Assembly: GCA_051362555.1 (NCBI GenBank) | Contig: CM120640.1 | Location: forward strand, 44,494,788-44,558,787 | Source of the DNA: Lingula anatina | Taxonomy: Eukaryota > Animalia > Brachiopoda | Reading direction: 5' to 3' | DNA length: 64,000 bases | Shown here: positions 35,901-50,908 of the stretch, piece after piece | Position numbering within the stretch: position 1 is the stretch's first letter | Layout: each line of letters opens with the position of its first letter | Notes under the pieces: model-generated | What the model saw: only the letters and a program-made list of their open reading frames with translations | Told to the model about the DNA's origin: nothing | The model's database searches: none | Made by a program: the position numbers and the translations under genes

Positions 35901-38900
35901 CCATTTTTTCAATTCAATAAATTTGCCAGAAATAAAAAGGAGCCTGTTATAGTATTTGATTGGATCAGTCTGGGGGTAAATTGACTATGCATTTAAGTGT
36001 TTGATCAGGACAATGTTCCCCCTTTATTATCTACCACAGACAGCCCCAGGAAACAGTGGGATGTGGTGATTATTGATTGTTGCAGAAAATTAGAGCAGTG
36101 TACGTGTCAGAGGTAACTCTATCCAACGTTCACCACTAATGGACTCAAACTCGAGCATTGAGAAAATGTCAGTTTTCATTTAATTTCATTATGATTGCCT
36201 CTATACACTTGATAACACCTATTAGTGTAGTTTTGGGAAAGTTATCTTGTGGTACTTGGAAGCCAGAATCAGAACGTGGCCAATTTTAAAGTGCATCAGC
36301 ACTTTTTTAGATCGTAAACATCAAATAGTTCAGACAAATAGATATCTACAAGCATTGGTGATCGCTCTTCATCTCATTGTCAGGGCACTGACAATAACAT
36401 ATTAAAATATTTATAAATGGTTTTTGTCCATACAGTTAGTGCTCCACAATATAGTTTTTCTCCTTCCATGCTGATACAGTAAATAGTAGAAGGTTCACTG
36501 GATGTAAAACATTCAAGGTATCTAATTTGGGCTCGTATTATGCTGTAACTCCTCCAGGATCTATAGCCCACTGCTGTGAATGGAAATGAACAATATTATC
36601 CTGTGTATATGTACTGCACCTGAAGACTACGACTGCTGCCTCTATGCTTTTAAGGTAGCATCATGATTTTGCGATGCAAATTGTGATATCATGGTTAAAT
36701 AGATGTCCACTTGCATGTTGTCCAGTCTGTTTATGACTATCATTTGTTTAATACATTAATGTAATACATGATTACAGGATCTTTTAAATTTAATCCAATT
36801 TATTATTGCCATGGTGTAATTTACAAACAATTAGCAATGTTCCACATGGTGTTGATAACTACCCAATAACTGATTTTAAGTTAGTTCTGCCAAGATTTTC
36901 TACCTCCATACACCAAGAAATGCCATCTTGCTGAAAGGCAGTAAGATAATGTTATCTTGCGTTTAGAGACAGCCAACAATCAAGAGAGTGAACTTTTTTT
37001 ATTAGAGACTTTGAGTAAATGATTGAAATGTCACATTGTCCCTTTACATAAATATTTGTAAATGTATTTATTGGCATTTGTTTTGTTTTTTTATTTGTTT
37101 AATTAATTAATTGTGGATGTAGTTTTCTTTTGTTTTGTTTTTTAAGTTGGAGGGAGTTGAAATGCCAAATTGAGTTTTCAAATTCCTCTGTATTTGGGTC
37201 AGCTGATATGCATTTTTCTGTCACATTGAGTGTCTTTAACATGCCTTATGAAACCACATTATAGAATATATAAAGAATCTGTGGCAATAAGTAGTATATT
37301 GGTTTTACTTGTGGTTTTGAACTACTTTGTTTTTCATCAAGGTTGCTGGTAGGTTAGTCATAACTATACAAGGGAACAAATAATAGTATGAATGAAGCTT
37401 TAAATCTAACGGTGAAAATAAATGGCTTTTGGTCACAAGATACTCTTTCAAGTGAAGAACCAGAAATAGAAGGCACAGTGAATGATATTGGAAAAAGATA
37501 CAACTGAGAAAATGTGCAGTGCGAATTATACATGTGAACAGATGCCACTCTCTTTGTGATTTGTAGATAAGACTAGAAATATATGCAATAAGAAGGGAAC
37601 ACTGTGGTAAAATAGGTGCCTGTCTTTAAAACAGCAGGTATTTCTCTCTCTGACAGGAAAATGATGGATGCTCACTACTGGTCTGGAGCTCTGAGGTATT
37701 CCCTTTAAAAAAACTGCTGTGGAATCCTGGAATAGGATAAACATGAGCACTGTACTGTATCTATCCAGGGTTGGGGGCTGCCCACAGAGGTCTCCCTGCC
37801 TGTGTGTGCCATCTTTCCATCTTATCTTGGCCATTAACTGCACAATTTACCACATTACAATGTTGGCCACATTGTTGACTGGTCACAGTCAGGTGGTCTC
37901 AGTGTGTGGACAGTAGTGATAGAAGTATTATGGGGTATGGGTGGTATGTTGGAATATGCTGGCTTACTGTGTTTAGTGTAGTTGATCATAGTCAAATGCT
38001 ACACACATTCATATTCGGATAAAAAATGTGACTTATTTTACTTATTTTAGCCAAATATTTATTGTTGAAATAGTTTTAGTTTGTCTTTGATTATCCAGCT
38101 ATTTAGCTTAAATAAAATTCCATTCTAGAGAGGGTGCAGGTATGCCCTGTTTGGGTATATGTACCCCTGTATGTTACTTGAGCAGAAAGGTAGTCTGGTT
38201 GCACATACCAACAGTTGCACTTACAAAAATACACAAACTTCTGCATTTAGATGAATGGGGATTGATATAAGTAGATTGCCAGATAGCTGGGGTGTTTTAC
38301 TGACCTCTTATGTAGTTTTGCATTCTTTGCCTATTGGGTTATGGCATTTTGTGTCACTTCAGTGCAGTAACCAACATGGAAAATTGACAGTTGTATTATT
38401 ATTATTTTTTTTTCATTTTAATTTTTCTGTTGCATATTGCAGATTTATCTCTCCAAGAATAGCAAAATTTCTGCCAGCTCTTTGACTTAATGGCTACTGC
38501 ACATACTCTATATGGCCGAATAAACTGAGGATTGATTTATGGGAAGTGAAGATCCAGGGCTGTCATATGGTACATCATCCTGTTGGAATCTATCTTCTGT
38601 ACATCTATGATGTGTCTGGATGATATGAAATTAACTCAGTTAGTGTGCTTATGATGAATTCTATGATTCTATGTTTGTGGTAGGGTAGATAGAAATAGGT
38701 CCCTAGTTAGGAAAAGGTTGATGATATATTTTCATTATACAGCTTGCGAGAATATTAATAAATAATATTTAAATTGGAAATGATTACCTCATGACTTTTA
38801 TATTTAGTACCAACTGATATAGGTGTAAGGAGCTTTGGATCTTTAATTATGCTTTTGGAAAGCTGAAGTGAAAAACAATTTTTCATATAGAGGAAGCAAA

Positions 38901-41537
38901 GACATATTCATCCTGAGTATAAGAGAATTCATTCAGAAGTCTTGTACATGACCACCTAAGCTTTCTCATGATTATCCTAACATGGAGTAGAAGTTTTTCA
39001 ATAGCGCTTGCTCTGAAACTGGAGAATAATTTTCAGTCTATAAATCTTTTTTTTCTTCAAAATTCAAGTCAGATACTTTTTGAAATGTTCCAGCACCAAT
39101 CAGCATGCCATAAAATAACCAAGTCACTTTTGATTTGGCAGTTGACATTAGCAGTGCCCCTTTAACCTTAACCACTACTGACCAGTCTGGATAGATCTAT
39201 ACAACTGGTTTAACACACCTGGATTCTGGCCAGTGACCCATGTAAGTAGGTGGCTATCAGTGGTCACTCACTAATGACCAACTAGGAAACTGATAAGAGC
39301 ATAATTTACCTGAAGTGTCTGTATAGTTATGAAGATATTTATGAAACAAACTTTTTGTTTATTCCTCAACACTTATTTTAAATTACTTTTATACCAAGAT
39401 GAGATATGAAGAGCATAGATGCAGCTTTTAATTTAATTGTCAGGAACAGCTGCTGGTGCAAATGTACATGTCATCAAATTTTACATTGTATAGGTGTTAA
39501 TTCAAGATGATTGACAAAGTCACTGACAAAAAATGTGCTGCTTCTTTGAACCATTTGCACCAAACATGAATATTGAATTCAGTGCTCTTATTTTTTTAAT
39601 GCATATTTTACTGATTGGATTCACGAGGAATTGAAATATGATTCTGTATGCAGTAGAAATATACATAGCATAAACTCTGAAAAATTGATTTTCTGTAGGA
39701 TGAGAGTTTTAGGTCTTTTGGTGAGCTGTGTTGACTTTCAGCCATGTGCAATCATAATAAAACCATATAAGCTGAAATACTGCATCCAAAGAAATATAGG
39801 TTTAAATGTAAGTTTAGTGTATCATTATTGAAAAAAGAATTTGAACATCTTTCTTTTTTGTTTTTGTGGATACAAGAAGACAGTCAACAATAGTGAATTT
39901 CAGATCGAATTACTAATGATAAATATTTTGATTTCTGTGTTAGTGCTTTAGATGCTTGGTAAGTACAACTAAACGGTCACAATGCACCGTTGATAATGAT
40001 ACTATGTAAGTCAAATGTATATGCTTAGGGAACTCTGCCAAAATATTATTTACAGAATCTTTCAGTCCCTGTGTGATTTGTAAGAATTCCAACCACTTTC
40101 ATTTTTCTCTGCAGGAGTTTTGTATTCTAGTGCTCATCCGTTTAGCCACCTCAAAGTGTTCATTGTCTCTTGTTTGAAACTCCCAGTGTTAACATGCTGT
40201 GTGCAGTATTCAAGCATTTGGCAGCAGGCTGGAAGCGAGGTTTACCTGGGAAGTACACAGATCACACCTGATTCTGCACCTGTTTCTGGAAGTCACTTGT
40301 ATTATCTGCTGCTGGTCCAGTTAAAGTTTCTCTTTCTTGCACAGGTGCGTGAGCGTGCATGCGCGCACACACACACACACATATCAAAATTGGTGTTAAT
40401 AAGATTTGAAAACTTCAATAAAAATTCAATTCATTTTACTTGGTCAAGTGTTGCATTTGGTCAAAAATGTGATACATTTAATACATTTACAGTTTTTAGG
40501 TTATTACTTTTTCAGTATTTTTCTAATTTTAATGAAGCTGGCCTTTGAGTCGCTTGTCTTTACACACAAGTGTGATGCAGTGCAGTATCAACACTGTTAC
40601 ATTTTCTAGGAAAAGTAATCAAAAATCAAATAGATCATTAATTAAAGATTAATCTCAACAGAATAGATTTTGTCTTCTTTCATTAGTAAATACGTCAACA
40701 TTCAGATCGCTGCATACTGAGTCCTGTAGAACTTGAATGTAAAGTACATCTAACACGATACAAATATGGATTCTGTTGTGTGCCATTACATATAATGTAG
40801 GTTATTGCCTGCATGTTTTTTTTTTCTTCTTATTTAAACCACCAACATGCGTAATAACAAAATACACCACTGTGCCAGTAACTGTGTATAGCATGAAGTC
40901 ATTGTAAAAAGGAGGTAAGCAAGATGTTGGACCATTTCTATGTAGTCATAGCATCAGTAGTATTGGTAAGTGGTTTATCTCAATGATTGGCCCAAACTGT
41001 GGTTGAACAGCATTGTAGAGGTTTGGTAAACCACATAGTATTTTACAAACAAGTTAGTATTTTAGTTGAAACTGCAGGTACATCTTTGCAAAGGGAGATC
41101 ACAACCATCATTATAACATAACTAGACCGATGGGATTTTGCTGAAATGTGAGTACTGTCAGTTTAAAATCATACCACAAATGAATGAAATGGCATGTGTT
41201 GTACTGCAAAAAATATTTTCTGTGTCCAATTCAAGTTGTTAGCTTCAGTTTGCATTTTATTACTTGTAACTTGCCAAGCACACTATTCCATGTGTATATA
41301 TAATGCAATTGCATGACAAGTACACCTTTCCTTAAATTTCACATTTATATATTTTAAAGTATGCGCCTAAGATTATCCTATAAAACCCAACGCGTACCTT
41401 AACTACATTTTAATATAAAAGTTTTTTAATGTCTTTACTCTTCATTTAAGTTGGACAGAAAGAATGGCATGATTAAAATTCTGAATTCTGTCATTCAATA
41501 TTTTAATTGAGATGAAAATGTCTAAGTTTGATTGACA

Positions 41538-41568
<31 letters not shown>

Positions 41569-44500
41569 AATAACATTTATCAAAGTGACATAGATAAAGC
41601 TTATGTCAAGCGTCACTGTGCTTTTTCTTGTGACAACTTTGTTAGCATTCACTTCTCAGTGTCTGTAAATCAGTAAGCTTAAATCCTATTATTAGATGGT
41701 TCTCTTTACTTTTAAAAAATTCCAAGTGAATTTCAGCAGATTGTTTAGGCAAAAGGCAATGCAGCCCTGAAACAGTCTCACCTAAACTCCAAACACAGAC
41801 GCTACTGTGTATTTACCTGGACTAAAACATAGAAGTATAGCATAGCATATCACATCAAGATAGCAGTGCTTGAAAATCAGTGGTTGTAGTTCAGACAGAT
41901 AAAGTTAAAAGGAACATTTCCCCCATCTCTGCTGTGTCTAGGCCACGTCTGCAATGCCCTGTTATGGAGGTTTGTAAGCAAATCTTTCAACCAGGTGTTA
42001 CAAATATTCAGAGTTAAGCTTCTGAAACAAAGATTGGTAGGTGCCCCTTGCCATGAAGCACATTTATTTCTTTAACTTTCTTTCCTCTTTTTTTCTCAGT
42101 ATAAAAATAATCTGCCTCTTTAAACATAATTTTGTTAATGAGTTCTTGAAAAACCTCGCCAGTGGTTAAGGAAGCAAAAATATGTGACATATATTATAAG
42201 AAAAAACCCTTTTAGATTAAGAAAATAAATAAGCAGGATTGATGCCCAAAAACACTAACATATTCCGTAATCCTTAAAAGCATTAAAGGAATACATCAGG
42301 TGCTGCAGCAGGGTTTCTGAATTACTGATTGGTTTTACTCATGCTGGGTTCTGCTGGCTTGGCAATGTTTCAGAAGTCATCAATCTCAATGATAAAAAGA
42401 CATATTTCACTCAGAAACAACATTTAACTGCCTTCAAAGCAACTGCTAAGAACCCCCTCTTTACGACATAAGTAGTTTTATGCTGATGGTGTTCCTTTTT
42501 ATGTGTGAAGTGTGTGTGTGTGTGGGGGGGGGGGGGTAATTAACTGGCTAAAAAAGTATTTTTAAGTCAAGGACAAAATTCTTGGCAGGTGTTATGTAAT
42601 AGAATACAGGTAAAATTAGCTCAGAGTGTGGCATGTAATGTGGTGTATATTGAATGCCATGCCTATCTCATTTGTATATTTGAGACCCTCTGTGTTCAAC
42701 ATGAAGTGCAGTTTACTCTGAGGTTAGACCAACATGAGTAGCACATGATATTATGTAAACAGATATTTCCTTGAATTAGGAAATAAAATGATTGTCCTTT
42801 TTACATTTTGAATCAGATTCTCTTTGCTTGTCTGTATGTTTTGTGCATTTGTAAATAATGAGTTTCGAGTTTTTTTGGAAAAGGTATTTCAGAGGAGGGG
42901 AAAATACCTTGCAGTGAACTCAGTGTGAGGTATCATCCAATTCAGTTGATTCTGTGTTATTAGCTGTAGCCTCTTTTGACCTTGGCTAAGTGTAAACATA
43001 CATGTACTGTAGGGGCACACTTACGAATTTAGATTTAGTACACTGGCATTTCTATCACTTTTATAATAAGGCATTTCTTAACCTCTGATAACATCGAAAT
43101 TGAAATTAGATGGAACAAGATGCTGCATACTACAATTTTGCTTACTACAACTTTCCATAAAGCATTTTTTTTCTTTTTGTGTAAATATGTACTAGCAGTA
43201 TAGTTTTATATAAAGAAAGGAGAAAAAACTTCTGAGAGAATTCATCTTTGATATATCAGGTATTGTAGGATATATATTTATGAGAGAGAAAATGTTAAAA
43301 AATTAGAGAAAAAGTGTCTTGTGTAAGGATATTAAAAGAGGATAAATGGCACTGCAAAAATGGGGTGAAGATATTTATTGGAATTTACCTTGAAACCATA
43401 GCATGGCTAGCTGTTTTTAATCTCAAGAATGTTGGAATTGGAAGGAAATGGCAACAAGGGCAGACACAGTTACACTGATAATGCTTCCTTTCAGAGATGT
43501 TAGAAATACCTTCCTATGGCAAAGTATCGGGGATGAGGCCCATCTAAAAGGAATAAGTTATATGAAGTAGCCTCAGACAAATAACTGATCACTGTAAAAG
43601 GAATACTTAAAGAGTAAACAAGAAGCTAAGATAAAAAAAAAGCCATTCAGCAAAGTAGCTTGAACTTGTGAACCTTTCTTTTAGATGGCATATGAAAATG
43701 AGTATCTCTTTGCTGAGTGCTTCTATATCTTGGGAACATACTGGATTTTTTACAGTGCTTGTAGCAATAACTAAATTCTTGGGCACTTGCCATTAATATC
43801 CCAAGAAAGATTTTACTGAGCGACCTGTACTCTACTGCGCTGTACTGTTTATTTATGTGTGGATTGAAAAACCATAATTTTCAACATTTAATGAATGTGT
43901 ACGCATAAAAAAGGAGAAAAAATTAATTCTGTATATGTTATTGATATCACAATTTTTGCTCTTGCTATTCATATTCCAGATGATGTTTTTAAGAATTCAC
44001 AGAGTGCAACATATAGAAGCAATGCCAAATGACAATGTTTTCTTTAATTGTGTATTACAGGAAGTGGCACAAGCCAAGGCAAAATCATCCAGAGGTTTCC
44101 AGAGAAGGACTGGCCAGGCTCTCCCTTCACTCTAGGCATTGAACTGGTAAGACTGGCAGGGAATATGGGGGTTGGATTTGCTTCACAGAACAGAGAAAGT
44201 CAATAATTAGGCTTGGTAAAGACTGCTTGGTAAAAACAGAGGGGCAGGAGGTTTGAACCATACATGTATGATGGGTCCAAGACTTAGCTGTAGGGACTTA
44301 GTGGAATGTCTCTACAATAATTTTCTACTCTCTGTGGTGTCAATGTAGCGCATTTAGATATATGAGTTTGTCAGCTACATTTGTTGTGGGATAGTCTTCA
44401 TAAAACAATCCAAGACCAATATTGTACCTTTAACTTTACAAAATAGGCTTTCTCATTTAAGCAGTGTATGCTTATTCAAGAATCTTGAGACTTTTAACAA

Positions 44501-44763
44501 GCCAAAGGTATTGCCTGTTATATCTTTATTTAGACTTAAGCATGCTTTAGATACTGTGAAAGTGAATGCAGTGATATTTCTTAAATATAGCAGTCAACAC
44601 TTTCTGTTCCTCTTTCATATTTATTGTAAAGCATAACAATCAGTCATATGCATGTAGGATTTCCGGAAATCTCATATGGCATGTGCACAAGGAAAGATGT
44701 TATTTGAGCAGTTTTCTTTCAAGCAGTGCCATGACTTTGTGGTGAGATTGGAATAAGTAGGTG

Positions 44764-44813
<50 letters not shown>

Positions 44814-47800
44814 TTTTCATTTTATTTTATCATTACTGGTACTGTAATTCTTACTATCACCATTGTATTCACCAATACAATTGGATGCAGTTCACAGTTA
44901 GATGCAGTGATTGATTGACTGGCATATTTTAGCACAGAGCTTGTTTTATCTTCAGGACTCTGAACATAAAATCAATGACTGGGACTAATGATCAGGTTGT
45001 GCTTGCCAAGTTTAAAGAAATGATTAAAACATCTCTCAAGTCCCCAGAGCTGCAGCTGTTAATCCTGCCTGTTCTCATGTGAAACCAGTTCTATTCAGCA
45101 ATCCAGACTGTTTAGAAATGTAGATGAATGAGTTATATTTCCACAATTCCATGACTATTCGTTGGATAATGGAATGACTAGATAGCTCAAGTAGAGTGCT
45201 TACCTTTCATGTTGGAAATCAAGGGTTAGGTACCCATTCCATATTATACCAGAGTAGCATAAAAAATGATAGTATCTGCTATTGACTCACAAAGCATAAA
45301 GAGGTTGAAACGTGGTAAAATGACCAGTGACACTGCCTGATTGCACCAATGATGAAACTGGTCAAAGCATGGTTATGGCAGAGTGTGGTTGTAATATGGA
45401 CAACACACATCATAAAATAAAATATAGACTACCTATCATCCTGCACTTTCAGCTTTGGTTCCTATGCCTCAGCAGTCAGTTAGATTGAAGGAGCCCATTT
45501 GGTAAAATATACAGATTGATTTGGCTAACTTAGTAAGATATGATGAGGAATTCTATCAAGTTTGAATGTATTGCATTAGTGACTGGATTGGTTAAGTTTG
45601 GTTTGTTGTCCTAGTTATGTTACAGCACCTAAGGACATATATATTTCAATGGTGAGATATCCAAAATATTTATGTAAATGTTGCCTTCATCTTCCAGTTT
45701 TGCCAACCCACAGGATGGTCACTATCAACACAGCGCCACCCGCCCACCTTCTTTGTCTCAGTTCTGACGGACATTGATGCAGACCGCCATTACTGTGCCT
45801 GTCTAACATTCCACGAGACAGTGTCCATGACGTCCACAAAGCCGGATGATGAAGATGGGGATGATGGTACACCAATACGCCAATCACTCATGTATGCCCC
45901 CAAATGCTTGGTGCTGGTTTCCAAGTTTCCTGAATTCGAAACATTTAGGGTAAGATAAAGTCTTCCTGATGCCACTTCTGTGTAATCACAACAACTCTGC
46001 AGTTACCTCTTGTAAACTTATTGATATGACTTCATTTTTTGTGAACCTGTCAGTAAATATTTTAAGTTTCTTTTCTTATTTAAAAGATAAGTGTTATGGT
46101 TGTGAGTATCTTTAGAATGAACTGTTCCTGTATAGACCTATCATTAGTGCATGTAACCATTTTCATTATTATTATAATAATTACTTTTTCACCTCAGAAC
46201 TGCTTGGGGCTTATCTACACAGTTTACCTGGAGAATATGCAGTTCCAGATAGAGACTTTGGTAGGGAATATCTTAGGGTGTGTGCAGGTTCCACCCCCAG
46301 GTATGTAATCACACAAAACTCAATAAAATGCATGCTCATAATTATCTATTTCTGACCTTATTTGGTCACAGAAAACTTTGTCAAGGAGAGCTCCTGTGCG
46401 GAATGATTTTGCAAATTGGTTTACATCTTAAAATGCTGAAGTGTTTTCTTAGTACTTACCTGCATTTGGTTTGTGAACAACTAATATATGTGCTTTCCTG
46501 TCTATCAGTTTGTATGTTCACTTTTACATTAATTAATTTTATAACACTGCCTTTATTTTTAGGAGGACCCCAGATCAGGTTTTCTATAGGTGCTGGTGAC
46601 AGACAGGCCCTGCAGCCCCCAGTTAGCAGCACCATACCTACTTCTGGAACATCTGTGGCTATGCTGTTCAGGCAGATGGGTATGTTACACTGTATTGCTC
46701 CCTTGTGAGTTAATGGTACATTTCTTACACAGCTTACATCCTCAATGAAATTAAAAGCTGATGATTCAGAAATTCAAAGTATATCATACTGATATTATGT
46801 TATTTTTGCATTAGTATCCATACATGGGAAATGTGTTCCTACCAGTTGAATTTGTAAGTCATGTCTTTATCATTTTAGGCATTACAAACACCATCATGCT
46901 TTTTTGTGCTGCTGCTACAGACCTCAAAGTCCTCTTCCATTCCCAAAGCTACACCAGGCTTACAGCAGCTAGTCAAGCACTTATGGCCCTTATGTACCCT
47001 CTCAAATATAGGTGAGTGCAACTTGTCTCAGTCTTTGAAATGTGGGTAATATCATGACATATGGAAGATTCACCTTCAAGACCTATTCCACTAATACTAT
47101 ATTTAAGAGAGGGCAGTCTCGTAACATTTCAGCCCAATGGTCAGTATCTAGTTGGAAGATGACATTTGTAGATAAGAGGGGGAAAAGACTTCAACAACCA
47201 CGTCAAGTTGCAGCAAGTCCAATAAGAAAAGTAACTAGTATAAAAAATGGGATATCAAATCCCTTAGTTTTTGTTGCCGGTCAACTGTGCACATACTTTT
47301 ACTTACTACATTGATCATAGATTTTTCATTCCAACATGGCTATGATGTTGTTGTTATTTTTTTTCAGTTATGTATATATACCCCTCCTTCCGTCACATTT
47401 ACTAGAAGTGCTGAACACACCCACACCATTCATAGCAGGTGTCCACTCATCTCTCAAGGACGAGGTCTCAGATTTGGTAAGCAGAAGCCCTATTCTATAT
47501 TGACTTACACTTAAATATGTAAGGCATAATAAAAAATGCACATTACTACAATGTAAATTGCTCTTTCTCTCTCTTTTTCTCCATTCTAAAAAATAATCTA
47601 TAATCTCTTTATTTCTACACATTGTAATTGTGTTAGTATGTAACTGTACCAGTATTGCCAAATATTCTTTGTACCAAAAATCTATTTTTATTTCTATTTT
47701 TCCAGCTTGATGTGATAATTGCAGACCTGGATGGTGGCAGTGTACATGTTCCTGAATGTGTAACTGTGCCAGTATTGCCAAATATTGTACTCAGCAGGAC

Positions 47801-50800
47801 CACTGAAGCACTAACCATGGTATGTTGAATCATTTTAGCTGTGTTCATTTTAGCTGTATTCAGACCTGGACCAGGAATAGACTTAATGGCCTCATCAATT
47901 ACACAAATTAAGTTATTTCTCTTTTCAGCTTAGTGGTAGAAGCTGTTTTGAAGTATGAACCACTTTTGTGAAATGTATCACAAGTTTTTAAGTATTTTCT
48001 CCTCATATGTAAGCATGTCCAGCAGGGTTGTGAATATTGAATATGAATTTAAAATTAATAGCATCACTTTAAGGAATATTGCTTAAATGTATCGTGCAAT
48101 TGTATTGTAGTTAAATATGAAGTGTGTCAATTGATTCAAGTGAACCCAGTTATTTGACTGAGCATGATAAATGTTCTCATGAGTCTTGCCATTCACTAAG
48201 AAGCGTATATTTCAGATTTTAAACCCAGAGTTGTTCACATCAGACTATGCTTTCCCGCCAAACCCTGCCAAGCTGTCCAGCCTTACTATGCAGGTAATCT
48301 GACAAGTTGAAACAGAGATATAACCTCCTGCCAATAACAAAATGTTTTCAGCCACTTGGTTACTAAAATATTTGTTTTTAAGAGTAACATTTCTTGCTGT
48401 AGTAAAATAGGTGTATCCTATTGCTTCTGATTTCAGCTTAACCCTGAAACAATACCAACCAGTGATTTTTTTTAATTGTTTTAATTATCTCTTTCCAGGA
48501 TAAAGAAATCCGTGCTGTCTTCCTGCGTTTGTTTGCAGAGCTGTTCACAGGCTACAGGTCATGTCTAACGCTAATAAGAATACACCCAGAACCTTTCATT
48601 ACATTTCACAAGGTACATATTGAAGGCATGATGTCCATTTATTTGTGAATCAATTAGTGAATTGATAATGTAAATCTGTTTAGTTTTATTAATATTATAT
48701 TAGAAAAATGAATTGTTTGAAGAAAAAATTGTCTTATCACTAAGAATATGTTTAGTTACATATATGCGATGACTGAACAGTTTCTGAAGTATGTATAAAT
48801 TTTATGAAATTCAGATGTTTATCATGATCATTAAATTTTGTTATTTTGTTTGAAGGCCAGCTTTTTGGGTCATCGTGCAATGGTCTCAGAAGATTTCCTG
48901 ACAAGGGTGCTAGATGGCATGTCATACAGTACATTTGTCTCTGAAAGAGGGCCACCTTTCAGAGTCATTGACATATTTGATGAGGTATGTGTCAGAAAAA
49001 AAGAGTGGCTTTTTTACTCTGAGTCATATTTCTCATGCCACCAGTATTTTAAGTGTATACATGTATGTCAGTGACAGTGTCGTACTGAAAAAGCAATTTT
49101 GATATATTGTTGGTTCAGATATCCCTAAAAATAATCTCTCTGTGGCATGACCTTTCAAGCACAAAGGGGTGGATATCATTACATGCTTTTTAAATTATCA
49201 AAAAACATATGGAAGCTGTCTTGGACAGTAAATTGTAAATATTGTTCTCACTTAATTAGATTCTTGGTATTTCTTGTATATGGTTATAAATGAAACATCT
49301 GCACTGTAGATTTTTTATGTACAGACACAGATGTGTCTGTACATATAGCCATCATCTGCGTCTGTCGTCGCCGTCGCCGTCGTCGCCGTCGCCGTGCACT
49401 TTTACCGATAACACGATAAGTGGAAAACCATTTTACCTTTTGACTTGAAACTTGCAGAACTGATGAATATTCATAATACGCAGGTCAAGTTCGAAAATCA
49501 GCATGATTGGTTCACTTTTAGGGAATTTATGCTGTTTTTTCACTTTTTTCAGCATATATGCAGCACCGATAACACGATAAGTGGAAAACCATTTTACCTT
49601 TTGACTTGAAACTTACAGAACTGATGAATATTCATAATACGCAGGTCAAGTTCGAAAATCAGCATGATTGGGTCACTTTTAGGTAATTTATGCTGTTTTT
49701 TCACTTTTTTCAGCATATATGCAGCACCGATAACACGATAAGTGGAAAACCATTTTACCTTTCGACTTGAAACTTACAGAACTGATGAATATTCATAATA
49801 CGCAGGTCAAGTTCAAAAATCAGCATGATTGGGCTATTTTGAGGGAATTTATGCTGTTTTTTCACTATTTTCAATATAAATGCAACACTGATAACATAAT
49901 ATAAGAAAAACGGATTGGCCAATTGTAATTATACTCACAGGAGTGGTCAATCTTACTAAAACGCAGGTTGAGTTCGAAAATCAGCATAATCGGGCCATTA
50001 TTTTAGAAGTTATACTGTTTTTTTCACATTTCCTCAGATTCAATTCTTAAGCATGTTATGGCCAATTGTAATTATACTCACAGGAGTGGTCAATCTTACT
50101 AAAACGCAGGTTGAGTTCGAAAATCAGCATAATCGGGCCATTATTTTAGAAGTTATACTGTTTTTTTCACATTTCCTCAGATTCAATTCTTAAGCATGTT
50201 AACAGTCTCATTATTTAACTAATAAGATGCCTAAAAGTGTTTGTTTGATATTTCCTGCATCTTTACAACATTGTTAGTTGATTATGTAAAAAACATGGTA
50301 AACTTGTTATCATGTATTGTGTAATAAAGTGTCAAAAATGGAAATAAACTCATATCATTGCAGTTTGTCAGATTCAATCATCCACTATGTTCAGAATCTC
50401 AGAATGGAGGAAATTGGACATTTAACACTGTTCTATTGATACTTTTCCCATCTCATCAATTTTTTTAGTTGGTAATATAAAAATGGCAGTAAAATGTTTA
50501 TTTTGTTTTATGTTAAAAAAAGTGTTAAAAATGGAAATAAACCCATTTCAGAACAGTGCTGTCTTGTTTACATTTTGGCATTTTCAAGGCGTGACTTTGA
50601 AGTTCCATGGGCCTGAAGACCTTTGCTAGTCACATTTTCTGAATATCTGTGATACAAATATTTTATAATTAAAAATTGATGGTCATTAAGCTGTTAAACA
50701 TTATGTAATATTGCATCAAAATTTGAAGAAACCCCTATTTTGGGCACTGCTTCCATGATGACCATTTAAGGAAAATCATGTCACTTACTGTTCTCAAACT

Positions 50801-50852
50801 TACAGGAAAGAAACATGGGACTAAAATACAGCTTCAGTAGGCAATGCAGTCT

Positions 50853-50908
<56 letters not shown>

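Noticed and set aside
33043-44060. Short ORFs within the 11-kb first intron of SBF
   Set aside because: All are 142 aa or shorter with AT-rich noncoding composition and no recognisable motifs or consistent splice chain.
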